Shown: positions 9,370 to 17,713 of the stretch, piece by piece
Position numbering within the stretch: position 1 is the first letter of the stretch
Layout of the letters: each line of letters starts with the position of its first letter
From: Minisyncoccota bacterium
GTDB taxonomy: Bacteria; Patescibacteriota; Minisyncoccia; Phycocordibacterales; CAJQIN01
Assembly (NCBI GenBank): GCA_905478465.1
Contig: CAJQIN010000009.1
Coordinates: forward strand, 2,300 to 66,299
Reading direction: 5' to 3'
DNA length: 64,000 nucleotides
Notes under the pieces: generated by a model
What the model was told of the DNA's origin: nothing
The model's database searches: none
Seen by the model: the letters and a program-made list of their open reading frames with translations, nothing else
Translations under genes and position numbers: made by a program

Positions 9370-10140
9370 ATGAAAGACCTAAAACCATTTACACATAAAA
9401 CTATCATGACCGTACTTGCTTTCGTTCTTGCAAGTGGTGGGTATGGTGGATACAGGGTAGTGGAACACTATCAAACATATGGAACTGATTTTGAAACACG
9501 ACCACATCTTGTGGAGGAAGTAATCGACGGAGATACTCTCATCATAGAAAACAATATTCGTATACGTCTTCTGAATATTGATGCACCAGAACAAGATGCT
9601 TGTTATGGAATAGAAGCAAAAGAACAACTTTCAAAACTGGTCCTCGGAAAGAATATTATTTTAGAAAAAGATCAAACAGCTAAAGACTCATTTAATCGAT
9701 TACTTCGATATGTATTTATCCATACCGATAATCCGGAAGGGGATAATGTTTTTCTAAACAAAGAACTTGTGGAAATAGGTGCTGCACGTACTAAATACAT
9801 TGCGCCAAACAGGCGGTATCTCTCATCTCTCCAGGCATCTGAGCGTGAAGCAGAAGAATCTTCTCAAGGTTTATGGAATTCTTGTATACAAGAAGAGGTG
9901 TACAAACTTGATCGTGAACAAGAAAGTGATCCTAATAATCCATATTGTGTCATTAAGGGGAATATTAGTAGCGAATACACTAAAGACTATTTCATACCTG
10001 GATGTCCTAATTATAAGAGAGTGAAAATAGATGCCCGAAAAGGCGAGCAATGGTTCTGTTCTGAAAAAGAAGCACTGGATGCCGGATGGCAACGCAGTGC
10101 TTCATGTTCGAATATTTGGCAATTACAAGAAACTCCTTAG
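9370..10140 (+). CDS. secreted staphylococcal-nuclease (SNase/thermonuclease) homologue with C-terminal Cys-containing 'KGN..YH.PG' module
   Basis: N-terminal signal/TM segment. SNase motifs 'VIDGDT', 'IRLLNIDAPE' and 'GLW'. C-terminal ~80 aa reads 'C.IKGNIS....YF.PGCPNY......E.WFCSEKEA..AGW'. Confidence 0.8.
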   Translation: MKDLKPFTHKTIMTVLAFVLASGGYGGYRVVEHYQTYGTDFETRPHLVEEVIDGDTLIIENNIRIRLLNIDAPEQDACYGIEAKEQLSKLVLGKNIILEKDQTAKDSFNRLLRYVFIHTDNPEGDNVFLNKELVEIGAARTKYIAPNRRYLSSLQASEREAEESSQGLWNSCIQEEVYKLDREQESDPNNPYCVIKGNISSEYTKDYFIPGCPNYKRVKIDARKGEQWFCSEKEALDAGWQRSASCSNIWQLQETP

Positions 10141-10580
10141 GGAGTAATACAGAATGAATCATCTATGGGTCCTGATTGTATTCCAAAATCTGTTCGCTCT
10201 GCTATGAAATAGAAAGCATATTTTGGATTTAATTCTCCACAAACTGTACCTGCTGGAGCAGCTAAGTATGTATAGAAATAAGTATTTGTATTGAGTGGAT
10301 CTTTGGGAAGTATGCCATCAGGGAAACCTTCATCTAGGTCTGAGGCTAGGCTAGACCAATTATTGTAACTATTAGCATCTGTTGTTGGATAATCTCCACT
10401 ATTGCTCGTCGCATATAATTCAAGAGCATTCGATATAGATTTCATATCTGTGATCCTGTTAGCGTCTCTAGCAGACTTTCGTGATTCATTGAAAGTTCCA
10501 AGTGCAATACTTGTGAGGATACTGATAATTGATACTACGACCAGAAGTTCAATGAGTGTAAAACCGTTTATTTTTTTCAT
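10137..10580 (-). CDS. type IV pilin / pseudopilin (prepilin-type N-terminal cleavage/methylation domain)
   Basis: 'MKKINGFTLIELLVVVSIISIL' is a class III signal peptide with the G|FTLIE motif. Confidence 0.85.
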   Translation of the reverse strand: MKKINGFTLIELLVVVSIISILTSIALGTFNESRKSARDANRITDMKSISNALELYATSNSGDYPTTDANSYNNWSSLASDLDEGFPDGILPKDPLNTNTYFYTYLAAPAGTVCGELNPKYAFYFIAERTDFGIQSGPIDDSFCITP

Positions 10581-10588
10581 AGATATAT

Positions 10589-10885
10589 TTATTTTATAAA
10601 TTTACTTGGATAGATGGCTAGTATATCTGGGGGAAGGGTAGCTCGAGCTTCTAAAGAAATGTCTTCTCTGTAGATGACGCGCGGAGTGTTATTCTCTTTA
10701 AAAGAAATAATATATTTTGCTGAAAAGAAGAGAATAATCAGAGAAATAATTAGAAGTAAAATTTCTGCTTGTTTCCGGGTTTTGAGAAGACCTGTTCCTA
10801 ATACGAGACGGATAAGAAAAGGATTTTTTATTGCAGATTTATTTATAGGTTCGTATTTTATTTCTTCAAATTGTACGCTTGCCAT
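10589..10885 (-). CDS. small hypothetical membrane protein upstream of the pilin
   Basis: 98 aa with a central TM helix. No recognisable homology. Confidence 0.3.
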   Translation of the reverse strand: MASVQFEEIKYEPINKSAIKNPFLIRLVLGTGLLKTRKQAEILLLIISLIILFFSAKYIISFKENNTPRVIYREDISLEARATLPPDILAIYPSKFIK

Positions 10886-10977
10886 ATAATGTACATGATA
10901 CTAAACAGGTTCCAGCACGTCCACACTAAAGAAAAAAGAGTTGCGATTTTCTAGAATCTCTTTATAATCGTTTGTAT

Positions 10978-11050
10978 GCGCGATTAGCTCAGTTGGTAGA
11001 GCAACTCATTTACACTGAGAAGGTCGGGAGTTCAAATCTCTCATCGCGCA
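10978..11050 (+). tRNA. tRNA-Val: tRNA-Val (anticodon UAC)
   Basis: Acceptor GCGCGAT/ATCGCGC, D-loop 'AGTTGGTA', anticodon loop 'uuUACac' and T-loop TTCAAAT. Length 73 nt. Confidence 0.8.
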
Positions 11051-11134
11051 CATAAAATTATAGATAGAAGCTGTATACAAGACAGTCTATAATTTGCTAC
11101 TCTTTATGTATTAGTTACTTTATCTATATTAACC

Positions 11135-11416
11135 ATGGACATATCAAGAAAATTTGATGATTTGGTAAGACAAATCGACTCGTATAAGGAAAAGGTTGAA
11201 AAGATGCTACAAACAAGCACTCAATCTGCCCAACAGCAGCTTGATTCTGCTCGAGAAGCGCGACGAAAAGCAGACGCGGATATCTCTTCAGCAGAATCAA
11301 AACAAAGTAGCCTGAGGTCAGAAACGAGTACTTTTGAACGCGAAGCCCAAGAAATAAAGAAAGGATTACAGTCTTTGAAAGGAGAAGCCGAAAATCTAGA
11401 AAAGTCTGCTAAATAG
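11135..11416 (+). CDS. hypothetical coiled-coil protein
   Basis: 93 aa, highly charged and heptad-like. No recognisable homology. Confidence 0.35.
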   Translation: MDISRKFDDLVRQIDSYKEKVEKMLQTSTQSAQQQLDSAREARRKADADISSAESKQSSLRSETSTFEREAQEIKKGLQSLKGEAENLEKSAK

Positions 11417-11421
11417 TACAC

Positions 11422-11706
11422 ATGATCAATACTGAAAAAGAGGTTGAGTGTGTTTTTCGAGGTAAGGTGCAACAAGTTGGCTTCCGGCGCTTTGCCCAAA
11501 AGCATGCAGAAAAGATGGGCCTTGTTGGGTATGCAGAAAATGAAGAAGATGGTAGTCTCACTGTGGTTGCTCAGGGAGAAGAAGCTGATTTACTTTTATT
11601 TATAGACCTTCTAAAAAAAGGTCCATACTTTTCTCGAATAGATTCTTGTAATACACAATGGTCAACTCTCTTGCAAGATTCTTTAATCGATTTTTCAATT
11701 TTTTAA
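11422..11706 (+). CDS. acyP: acylphosphatase
   Basis: 'FRGKVQQVGFRRFA' matches the acylphosphatase signature (V.G.VQGV.FR), and the size fits (~90 aa). Confidence 0.75.
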   Translation: MINTEKEVECVFRGKVQQVGFRRFAQKHAEKMGLVGYAENEEDGSLTVVAQGEEADLLLFIDLLKKGPYFSRIDSCNTQWSTLLQDSLIDFSIF

Positions 11707-11709
11707 ACT

Positions 11710-12435
11710 ATGAACAATATTACTATTCTATACGAAGACGATCAGTCTCTGGTGATAAACAAACCCGCAGGGATGATGGTTCATCCTGACGGAACATCAA
11801 AGGATAAAACTTTGACTGACTGGATTATGGAAAAATATCCAGAACTTGAAAACATTGGCGAAGAGCAAACTCTTCGAACAGGGGAGACCATCAAGCGTCC
11901 TGGTATTGTTCACCGAATCGATAAGGACACCTCAGGTGTTTTGATTATTGCTAAAACACAGGAAGCATTCCTCCATCTGAAAGAACAATTCCAAGAAAGA
12001 ACGGTAGAAAAAGTCTATCAAGCTTTTGTATATGGACATTTTAATGAAGTAGAAGGAATTATCGACAGACCTATCGGAAAGAGTAAGAAAGACTTTCGAC
12101 GATGGTCTGCCCAGAGAGGTGCTCGTGGAACTCTACGAGAAGCAGTCACAGAATATAAAGTATTATTTTCCGCGAAAGAAGTGTCTTTTGTGGAGCTTTT
12201 CCCCAAGACAGGGCGTACTCACCAATTGCGTGTGCATATGAAAGCCATAAACCATCCATTAGTGAGTGATATTTTGTATGCTCCGAGTCATCAGAGTCTT
12301 TTAGGATTTAAGCGTTTGGCGCTCCATGCAAAGAGTGTTTCTTTTAATAGTCTCTCAGGAGATAGGATAGAGATAATAGCCCCGTATCCAGAGGATTTTG
12401 AGCAGGCTGTTGCGGAAATAAAGACCATGTGTTAG
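11710..12435 (+). CDS. RluA-family 23S/tRNA pseudouridine synthase
   Basis: 'HRIDKDTSGVLIIAKT' contains the catalytic Asp motif, and 'HQLRVH' is also present. Confidence 0.85.
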   Translation: MNNITILYEDDQSLVINKPAGMMVHPDGTSKDKTLTDWIMEKYPELENIGEEQTLRTGETIKRPGIVHRIDKDTSGVLIIAKTQEAFLHLKEQFQERTVEKVYQAFVYGHFNEVEGIIDRPIGKSKKDFRRWSAQRGARGTLREAVTEYKVLFSAKEVSFVELFPKTGRTHQLRVHMKAINHPLVSDILYAPSHQSLLGFKRLALHAKSVSFNSLSGDRIEIIAPYPEDFEQAVAEIKTMC

Positions 12436-12449
12436 AGTGGGCCTCACTT

Positions 12450-12938
12450 ATGAATACAATTATTTCACCAGTGAATATTGAGCAACGAAAAAATATTGAC
12501 CTCCAAGCAGGGGATACTGTTCGTGTGCATCAGAAAATTCAAGATAAAGGAAAGACTAGACTTCAGGTTTTTGAAGGTATTGTTCTTGCACGAAAACATG
12601 GAAGTGAAGCAGGAGCTACATTTACCGTACGACGTGTCTCACAGAGTGTTGGGGTAGAAAAGATTTTCCCACTATACTCTCCAAATATCGATAAGATTGA
12701 GGTTGTAAAACGATCAAAGGTTCGACGATCAAAGCTTTATCATATTCGAGAAAAGGCTGCTAAGGAAATCCGTCGACAAATGAGAAATATGGTTATGATG
12801 AATACTGTTATGGATGATGAAGAACCAAAAACAGAAGAAGCTGTTGTTGAGGATGAAGCGGTAACAGAAACTCCAGTAGAAACAGTTCCTGAAAAAGAAG
12901 AGGTTGTTGCGGAAGAGAAAACAGAAGAAGCTAAATAA
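12450..12938 (+). CDS. rplS: 50S ribosomal protein L19 with acidic C-terminal extension
   Basis: '...QVFEGIVLARKHGSEAGATFTVRRVSQSVGVEKIFPLYSP' matches the L19 core. ATG at 12450 chosen over the overlapping upstream ATG. Confidence 0.8.
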   Translation: MNTIISPVNIEQRKNIDLQAGDTVRVHQKIQDKGKTRLQVFEGIVLARKHGSEAGATFTVRRVSQSVGVEKIFPLYSPNIDKIEVVKRSKVRRSKLYHIREKAAKEIRRQMRNMVMMNTVMDDEEPKTEEAVVEDEAVTETPVETVPEKEEVVAEEKTEEAK

Positions 12939-12946
12939 ATAAAATC

Positions 12947-12972
12947 AAAAATACCCGAAAGGGTATTTTTTC
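12947..12972 (+). terminator. rho-independent terminator after rplS
   Basis: 'aaaaatacccgaaagggtattttttc'. Confidence 0.65.
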
Positions 12973-13011
12973 TTGAAAAGGATAAAATATTTGTGCATAA
13001 TGTTTTTGTAT

Positions 13012-13093
13012 GCGCGAGTGGTGAAATTGGTATACACGTACGCATGAGGTGCGTATGCCGTAAGGCGTGGAGGTTCAAGTCCTCTCTCGCGCA
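13012..13093 (+). tRNA. tRNA-Leu: tRNA-Leu (anticodon GAG)
   Basis: Acceptor GCGCGAG/CTCGCGC, anticodon stem tacgc/gcgta, loop 'auGAGgu' and a long variable arm. Confidence 0.75.
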
Positions 13094-13258
13094 CAAAAAG
13101 TAATTCTTTTCAAAAACAATATTAGGTTCCCAAATTTATCTAAAGGTGTATTATTTGTAGTAGATATTGTTTTCATGTCTCTTTTCTCCTGGACTCCTGC
13201 TAGTTGTGACGCCTAGCAGGGTCTTTTTATTTCATCTCTTTTCTGATAAAGTCGATAT

Positions 13259-13819
13259 ATGGCATTATTCACCGGAAAAGGAGATGACGGCACAACAAAG
13301 GTTTTTGATTGTGATCAACGAATATCAAAAAACTCTGCTATGGCAGAGGCACTTGGTGCACTTGATGAAGTAAATTCATTTTTGGGTGTGTGTAAAATTC
13401 AATCAAAAGAACAGAATTATTATGTCGGTATTGAGTATCCGTCTTTTGAGCATATTGTACACACTCTTCAAGAAGGATTATTTGTTGTTCAGGCAGAACT
13501 TGCCGGAGCAGATAAAACAATAAAAGAAGAAAGGGTAAAAGATATGGAAGATTGGATTAATGCGGCAGAAAAAGAAATGCCACCAATCACTACATTTTTT
13601 ATTTCTGGCGGAACAGATCTTGCGACTTCTTTTGATATTGCTCGAACACTTGCTCGACGAGCAGAAAGAAGAGTTGTGGAGGTGAATGATGTTGGCGAGA
13701 GAAAAATAGGGAAGCAGACTCTGGCTTTCCTGAATCGTCTTTCAAGTGTATTATATGCACTTGCTCGACTTTCTAACCATAAATTTGGTATAAAGGAGAG
13801 TGCACCTAAGTATAATTAG
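13259..13819 (+). CDS. PduO-type ATP:cob(I)alamin adenosyltransferase family protein (MMAB-like)
   Basis: 'MALFTGKGDDGTT' N-terminus is characteristic of the PduO/MMAB family. 186 aa. Confidence 0.7.
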   Translation: MALFTGKGDDGTTKVFDCDQRISKNSAMAEALGALDEVNSFLGVCKIQSKEQNYYVGIEYPSFEHIVHTLQEGLFVVQAELAGADKTIKEERVKDMEDWINAAEKEMPPITTFFISGGTDLATSFDIARTLARRAERRVVEVNDVGERKIGKQTLAFLNRLSSVLYALARLSNHKFGIKESAPKYN

Positions 13820-13832
13820 GTGAAAGTAATAT

Positions 13833-13908
13833 GGTGCCTATAGTGTAATGGTTAGCACTGGAGTTTGTGGAACTCCCAGTTCGGGTTCGAATCCCGGTAG
13901 GCACCCCA
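13833..13908 (+). tRNA. tRNA-His: tRNA-His (anticodon GUG) with genomically encoded G-1 and CCA
   Basis: Extra 5' G pairs with discriminator C. Acceptor GTGCCTA/TAGGCAC, anticodon loop 'uuGUGga' and a 3' 'cca'. Confidence 0.8.
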
Positions 13909-14436
13909 TTAAAATTTCTTAAACACTAAAATGAGGTGATGACTTTTGAGTCATGGCAACGGCTGGAAGTTGCAACAGAAGGTTAAGGATAAAATAGTGA
14001 AGATAAGTGTGGGGTAACTCAATAATTTTACGCGTAATAACGGGAAATTAACGGGAACCACTTTTTACTGGAGATAGTGATTAAGAGTGTGGGGTAGTAC
14101 CGTTTAAAAACGGTGAAAAAACGGCGGTCAACCCCCATTTAAAAAGGGTGGAAAATGGTGAACACCTGCATTTGCAGGTAAAATGCAGGAGTAAGATTAT
14201 TTTTGAGAAATAGTGAGCGCGGTAGTAGGGTAACAATTTTTCATGCTTGGAATGTAGATTGTAGCATCATCAATTTTCTCGAATATCTTGTGAACCTGCT
14301 CGACCACGCGACCTACTTATTGATACAGTGTATTTTTAATCGAGTAACATCCTTGACACAGTTATTAGTATGTGGCAATCTGTAAAATAGATTTTTCTAG
14401 TCAGATACATTCATTTAATCCAACAGGAGGTGTTCA

Positions 14437-14844
14437 TTGTTACAAGTTAAAATACGACAGTCTGCCGCAGTAATCTTAGTTGATACTCCGGAGGGTATAA
14501 TTCTTGTGAAAGATCCTTCCAAGTCTATGCCACATCTTTGGAAGATGCCAGGAGGAAAAAGCAAAGAAGGGGAAACTTTTCTAGAGTGTGCGGTACGGGA
14601 ACTTTTTGAAAAAACAGGACTTGTTATTTGTCCGGAGTCTTTACAGTTAGTAGCCAAAAATCGCAGAAAAAAACATACACATTATGTTTTCAAATGCACA
14701 TTATCTATGGTTCCCATTTTGAGAAAACCAAGGATTCACGGCGAGAAAATAAAAATCATTCCTATTGAATCTTTAAAGATGCATTTGGTGGAGGAATCAA
14801 TCCTATTTAGTCATGCTAAAATTCTGAATGATTATGTCTCGTGA
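14437..14844 (+). CDS. NUDIX hydrolase
   Basis: Nudix box 'GGKSKEGETFLECAVRELFEKTGL'. TTG start with a strong 'aggagg' RBS 6 nt upstream. Confidence 0.8.
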   Translation: MLQVKIRQSAAVILVDTPEGIILVKDPSKSMPHLWKMPGGKSKEGETFLECAVRELFEKTGLVICPESLQLVAKNRRKKHTHYVFKCTLSMVPILRKPRIHGEKIKIIPIESLKMHLVEESILFSHAKILNDYVS

Positions 14845-14920
14845 TTCAAAAATTTATGATTCCAAATCAGGTAGCACCCGCTACCTGATTTTTTGTATAT
14901 AAAAGTGTTAACATAAAAAC

Positions 14921-15265
14921 ATGATAAATCTTTTATTTTTTGTAGCCGGTATAGCTTTGGGATTTTTTTTGAATAGAAAAACACATACACCAGAAGAAAT
15001 GAATAAACTGAGAGCAGAATCAAAAGAAGCTCTAGCTGAAAGAACTAAAAAACGAAAGGAGAATATTTTGACATACATGAATACTCAAAAAGAAATAAGA
15101 GCTTGTAATATGTCTGAGCCCGAAGGGGTTACCAGGGAGGAAATAGAAAATCTGTTAGAAGTTTCCGGACAAACGGCTAGAAAATATCTTGATGAATTAG
15201 AGGATGAAAACAAAATTACTCAGATAGGTGAGAGAGGTCCAAATGTTCACTATATTTTGAAATAG
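14921..15265 (+). CDS. membrane-anchored winged-HTH protein (hypothetical regulator)
   Basis: N-terminal TM helix and a C-terminal wHTH-like 'VSGQTARKYLDELEDENKITQIGERG'. Confidence 0.4.
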   Translation: MINLLFFVAGIALGFFLNRKTHTPEEMNKLRAESKEALAERTKKRKENILTYMNTQKEIRACNMSEPEGVTREEIENLLEVSGQTARKYLDELEDENKITQIGERGPNVHYILK

Positions 15266-15345
15266 AAAAACTAGTATAATTTTATTTTTGTGATAGGTTT
15301 TATCTAGAACTAAAAACCAACACTTATCAACGAAGGAGAACTTTT

Positions 15346-15762
15346 ATGTACGTTGTGGCACATAGTATCGAGGTGATTACGAAAATACTCAGTAATCTTT
15401 TGGATGATAGATGTGACGGTCTACACGAAGTGTATTTTATGGATAGTACGGGATATGTTTTTTATTACATATGGAATGCTTCTGGCGGATACGGTAGAAC
15501 TTCGCACAATGTTTCTTTTGATTGGAAAGAAATCTCAAAAGACTATAAGCGTTGTAATTTGTCTCAAGGAACAGAGATGTTTAAAAAAATTGAACCTTTC
15601 CTGAGAACGCTCAAAAAGGAGCATGATGAGTCGGGTTACAAATCCATCCTTGTTGTCGTGTATGGAAAAAACAAGATTGCACGATATCTTTCTGGTCAGT
15701 ATATGTCTAATAAATGTCCAGGATTAGAACAATTGGAAGAAACTCTAGGACTACCTGTATAG
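15346..15762 (+). CDS. hypothetical protein
   Basis: 138-aa ORF with an RBS 'aaggag' upstream. No recognisable homology. Confidence 0.35.
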   Translation: MYVVAHSIEVITKILSNLLDDRCDGLHEVYFMDSTGYVFYYIWNASGGYGRTSHNVSFDWKEISKDYKRCNLSQGTEMFKKIEPFLRTLKKEHDESGYKSILVVVYGKNKIARYLSGQYMSNKCPGLEQLEETLGLPV

Positions 15763-15898
15763 GAATTATCTCAGCACATATTTTTTTAAAACCTCACATT
15801 GTGGGGTTTTTTAACAAACAACACATTTGCATATATTTATTTTAATGGTATAGTTTTTTTAGAACAATAAAGAACTTTTACACAAGGAGAAGCGTTCA

Positions 15899-16384
15899 AT
15901 GCGTATCATAATATTGCTTTTCGTAGCCACTTTCGTGGTGGCCTGTTCATCTCAAAGTCACATCAGTAAATATCAAGAAGAATCAAAAAACATGTGGCAG
16001 GAAAAAATTCTGATTGCTAAATCAGATGCCGAAGATTTTGCACGACATATTTGGTATGTATATGACATGAATGTCATAGCAGGTACTGACGGGTCCGGCA
16101 AAAGTTTTTGTCAGATCTCAATTCTTTTAGGAGATGAATACTTTCCAAAGTATTTCTTCAGAATCACAGAACATCATAAGTATGCACCAGCATGGTCTGC
16201 AATGGAGGAATTTGAAGTGGCAGGAGACAGGTTGATAAGAAGGGGATATTGTTTCAACTTTTCACAAACTACAAACAATATTCATGCAGAACACAGATTA
16301 GAAAGTTATGTGTTTCCGTCATCTACACAAACATTTATTTTTGTGGCAGATACTCCGAAAACATCTCTTTACGAAAGTGAATAA
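15899..16384 (+). CDS. hypothetical lipoprotein
   Basis: Signal peptide with lipobox 'VVACS'. RBS 'aaggaga'. Confidence 0.45.
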   Translation: MRIIILLFVATFVVACSSQSHISKYQEESKNMWQEKILIAKSDAEDFARHIWYVYDMNVIAGTDGSGKSFCQISILLGDEYFPKYFFRITEHHKYAPAWSAMEEFEVAGDRLIRRGYCFNFSQTTNNIHAEHRLESYVFPSSTQTFIFVADTPKTSLYESE

Positions 16385-16385
16385 T

Positions 16386-16688
16386 ATGTGCGTTACCGTT
16401 AAGCCAAACACCGGTGATATTATTTTGAATAAATTTTGTACAGGAGAGTATTATGGAGTTTTGTACCTTCCGTTTAGGGGAGAATTTATCACCTTCACAA
16501 CAATTCAGCAGTTTATGTTGTACAGTACTCTGCTACAATATCACGGTATTTTTTTAGAAGAATACTGTAGAGATTTGTTGGAATGTTTGCGTTCAGTAAA
16601 AATACTGCCAGACGGAAATATTACTGCTATGCAGGCGGAACACATTAATGCAATCCTTAAGCAAATTATTGTTAGGAATGAAATATAA
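16386..16688 (+). CDS. hypothetical protein
   Basis: ATG at 16386 overlaps the stop of the upstream lipoprotein (TAATATG). About 100 aa. No recognisable homology. Confidence 0.3.
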   Translation: MCVTVKPNTGDIILNKFCTGEYYGVLYLPFRGEFITFTTIQQFMLYSTLLQYHGIFLEEYCRDLLECLRSVKILPDGNITAMQAEHINAILKQIIVRNEI

Positions 16689-16695
16689 GGAGAAT

Positions 16696-16724
16696 AAAAA
16701 CGGGTACTCGGTACCCGTTTTTTT
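16696..16724 (+). terminator. rho-independent terminator
   Basis: 'aaaaacgggtactcggtacccgttttttt'. Confidence 0.7.
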
Positions 16725-16744
16725 ATTTGCTATAATATAATCCT

Positions 16745-17170
16745 ATGAAAAATATATTACTTGAATTCAAAAAATTTGCCCTACGCGGCAATGTTATAGA
16801 TTTGGCTGTCGGTATTATCATCGGTGCTTCATTTAATGGTGTAGTAAAGTCTCTAGTGGACGACGTTCTACTTCCTCCTATCGGTTGGATACTCGGACGA
16901 GTTGATTTCTCAAATTTGTATATAAGTTTATCCAAAACACATTATGATAGTCTGGCTGCTGCAAAGTCTGCTGGTATTGCAACTATTAACTATGGTTTGT
17001 TTATTAATACCATGATCAGTTTCTTGGTAACTGCCTGGGCTGTATTTATTCTAGTTAGATTGATCAACAGATTGCAAGAAGATAAGGATAAGGAAGAGGA
17101 GGCAAAAAAACCTGCTACCCCTGAAGATATCTTACTTCTTCGTGATATTAGAGACTCTTTAAAAAAATAA
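16745..17170 (+). CDS. mscL: large-conductance mechanosensitive channel
   Basis: 'FKKFALRGNVIDLAVGIIIGASFNGVVKSLVDDVLLPPIG' is the MscL signature. Confidence 0.9.
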   Translation: MKNILLEFKKFALRGNVIDLAVGIIIGASFNGVVKSLVDDVLLPPIGWILGRVDFSNLYISLSKTHYDSLAAAKSAGIATINYGLFINTMISFLVTAWAVFILVRLINRLQEDKDKEEEAKKPATPEDILLLRDIRDSLKK

Positions 17171-17209
17171 ACGCGGTGTAAGAAGTGCCTTTGTATTTCG
17201 TCTTCTATT

Positions 17210-17713
17210 GTGGAACAAAACAAATTACAACAAGATTTTCTTGAAATATATAATGAATTGTCAGATGCTATTTTTAAGCATTGCTTTTTCAGGGTTTCAA
17301 ATAGGGAAGCAGCACTTGATCTTACACAAGATACTTTCACAAAGACATGGGATTTTGTGTCTAAAGGAAATGATATTCATGACGTACGTGCTTTTGTATA
17401 CCGCGTAGCGAATAATCTAATTATTGATTTTTATCGAAAGAAAAAAAGCCAATCACTCGATGCATATCTCGAAGAAGTAGGGGATATCGCTGATACTCAT
17501 AATCAAGAAAACACATTACATCGCGCTGAACTTTCAGAAATTCTTTTAAAGGTGCGTTTACTTGAAGAACCGTACAGACAAGCGGTTGTCATGCGTTATG
17601 TGGATGGTCTTTCCCCAAAAGAAATTGCAGAAATTTTAAAGGAACAACCAAACACTATTTCGGTACGAATTAGTCGAGGAGTACAACAATTACAAACACT
17701 ATATGAAAAATAA
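17210..17713 (+). CDS. ECF-type RNA polymerase sigma-70 family factor
   Basis: Region 2 'LTQDTFTKTWDF', and region 4 '...VVMRYVDGLSPKEIAEIL..NTISVRISRG'. GTG start. Confidence 0.8.
   Translation: MEQNKLQQDFLEIYNELSDAIFKHCFFRVSNREAALDLTQDTFTKTWDFVSKGNDIHDVRAFVYRVANNLIIDFYRKKKSQSLDAYLEEVGDIADTHNQENTLHRAELSEILLKVRLLEEPYRQAVVMRYVDGLSPKEIAEILKEQPNTISVRISRGVQQLQTLYEK

Noticed and set aside
12740-13096. 118-aa minus-strand ORF overlapping the rplS tail, terminator and tRNA-Leu
   Set aside because: It runs across a tRNA gene and a terminator and has S/T-rich low complexity, so I rejected it as a shadow ORF.
13909-14436. Possible CRISPR array in the repeat-containing tRNA-His flank
   Set aside because: There are only two to three degenerate repeat copies, with unequal spacing and no cas genes. 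The layout is not CRISPR-like.
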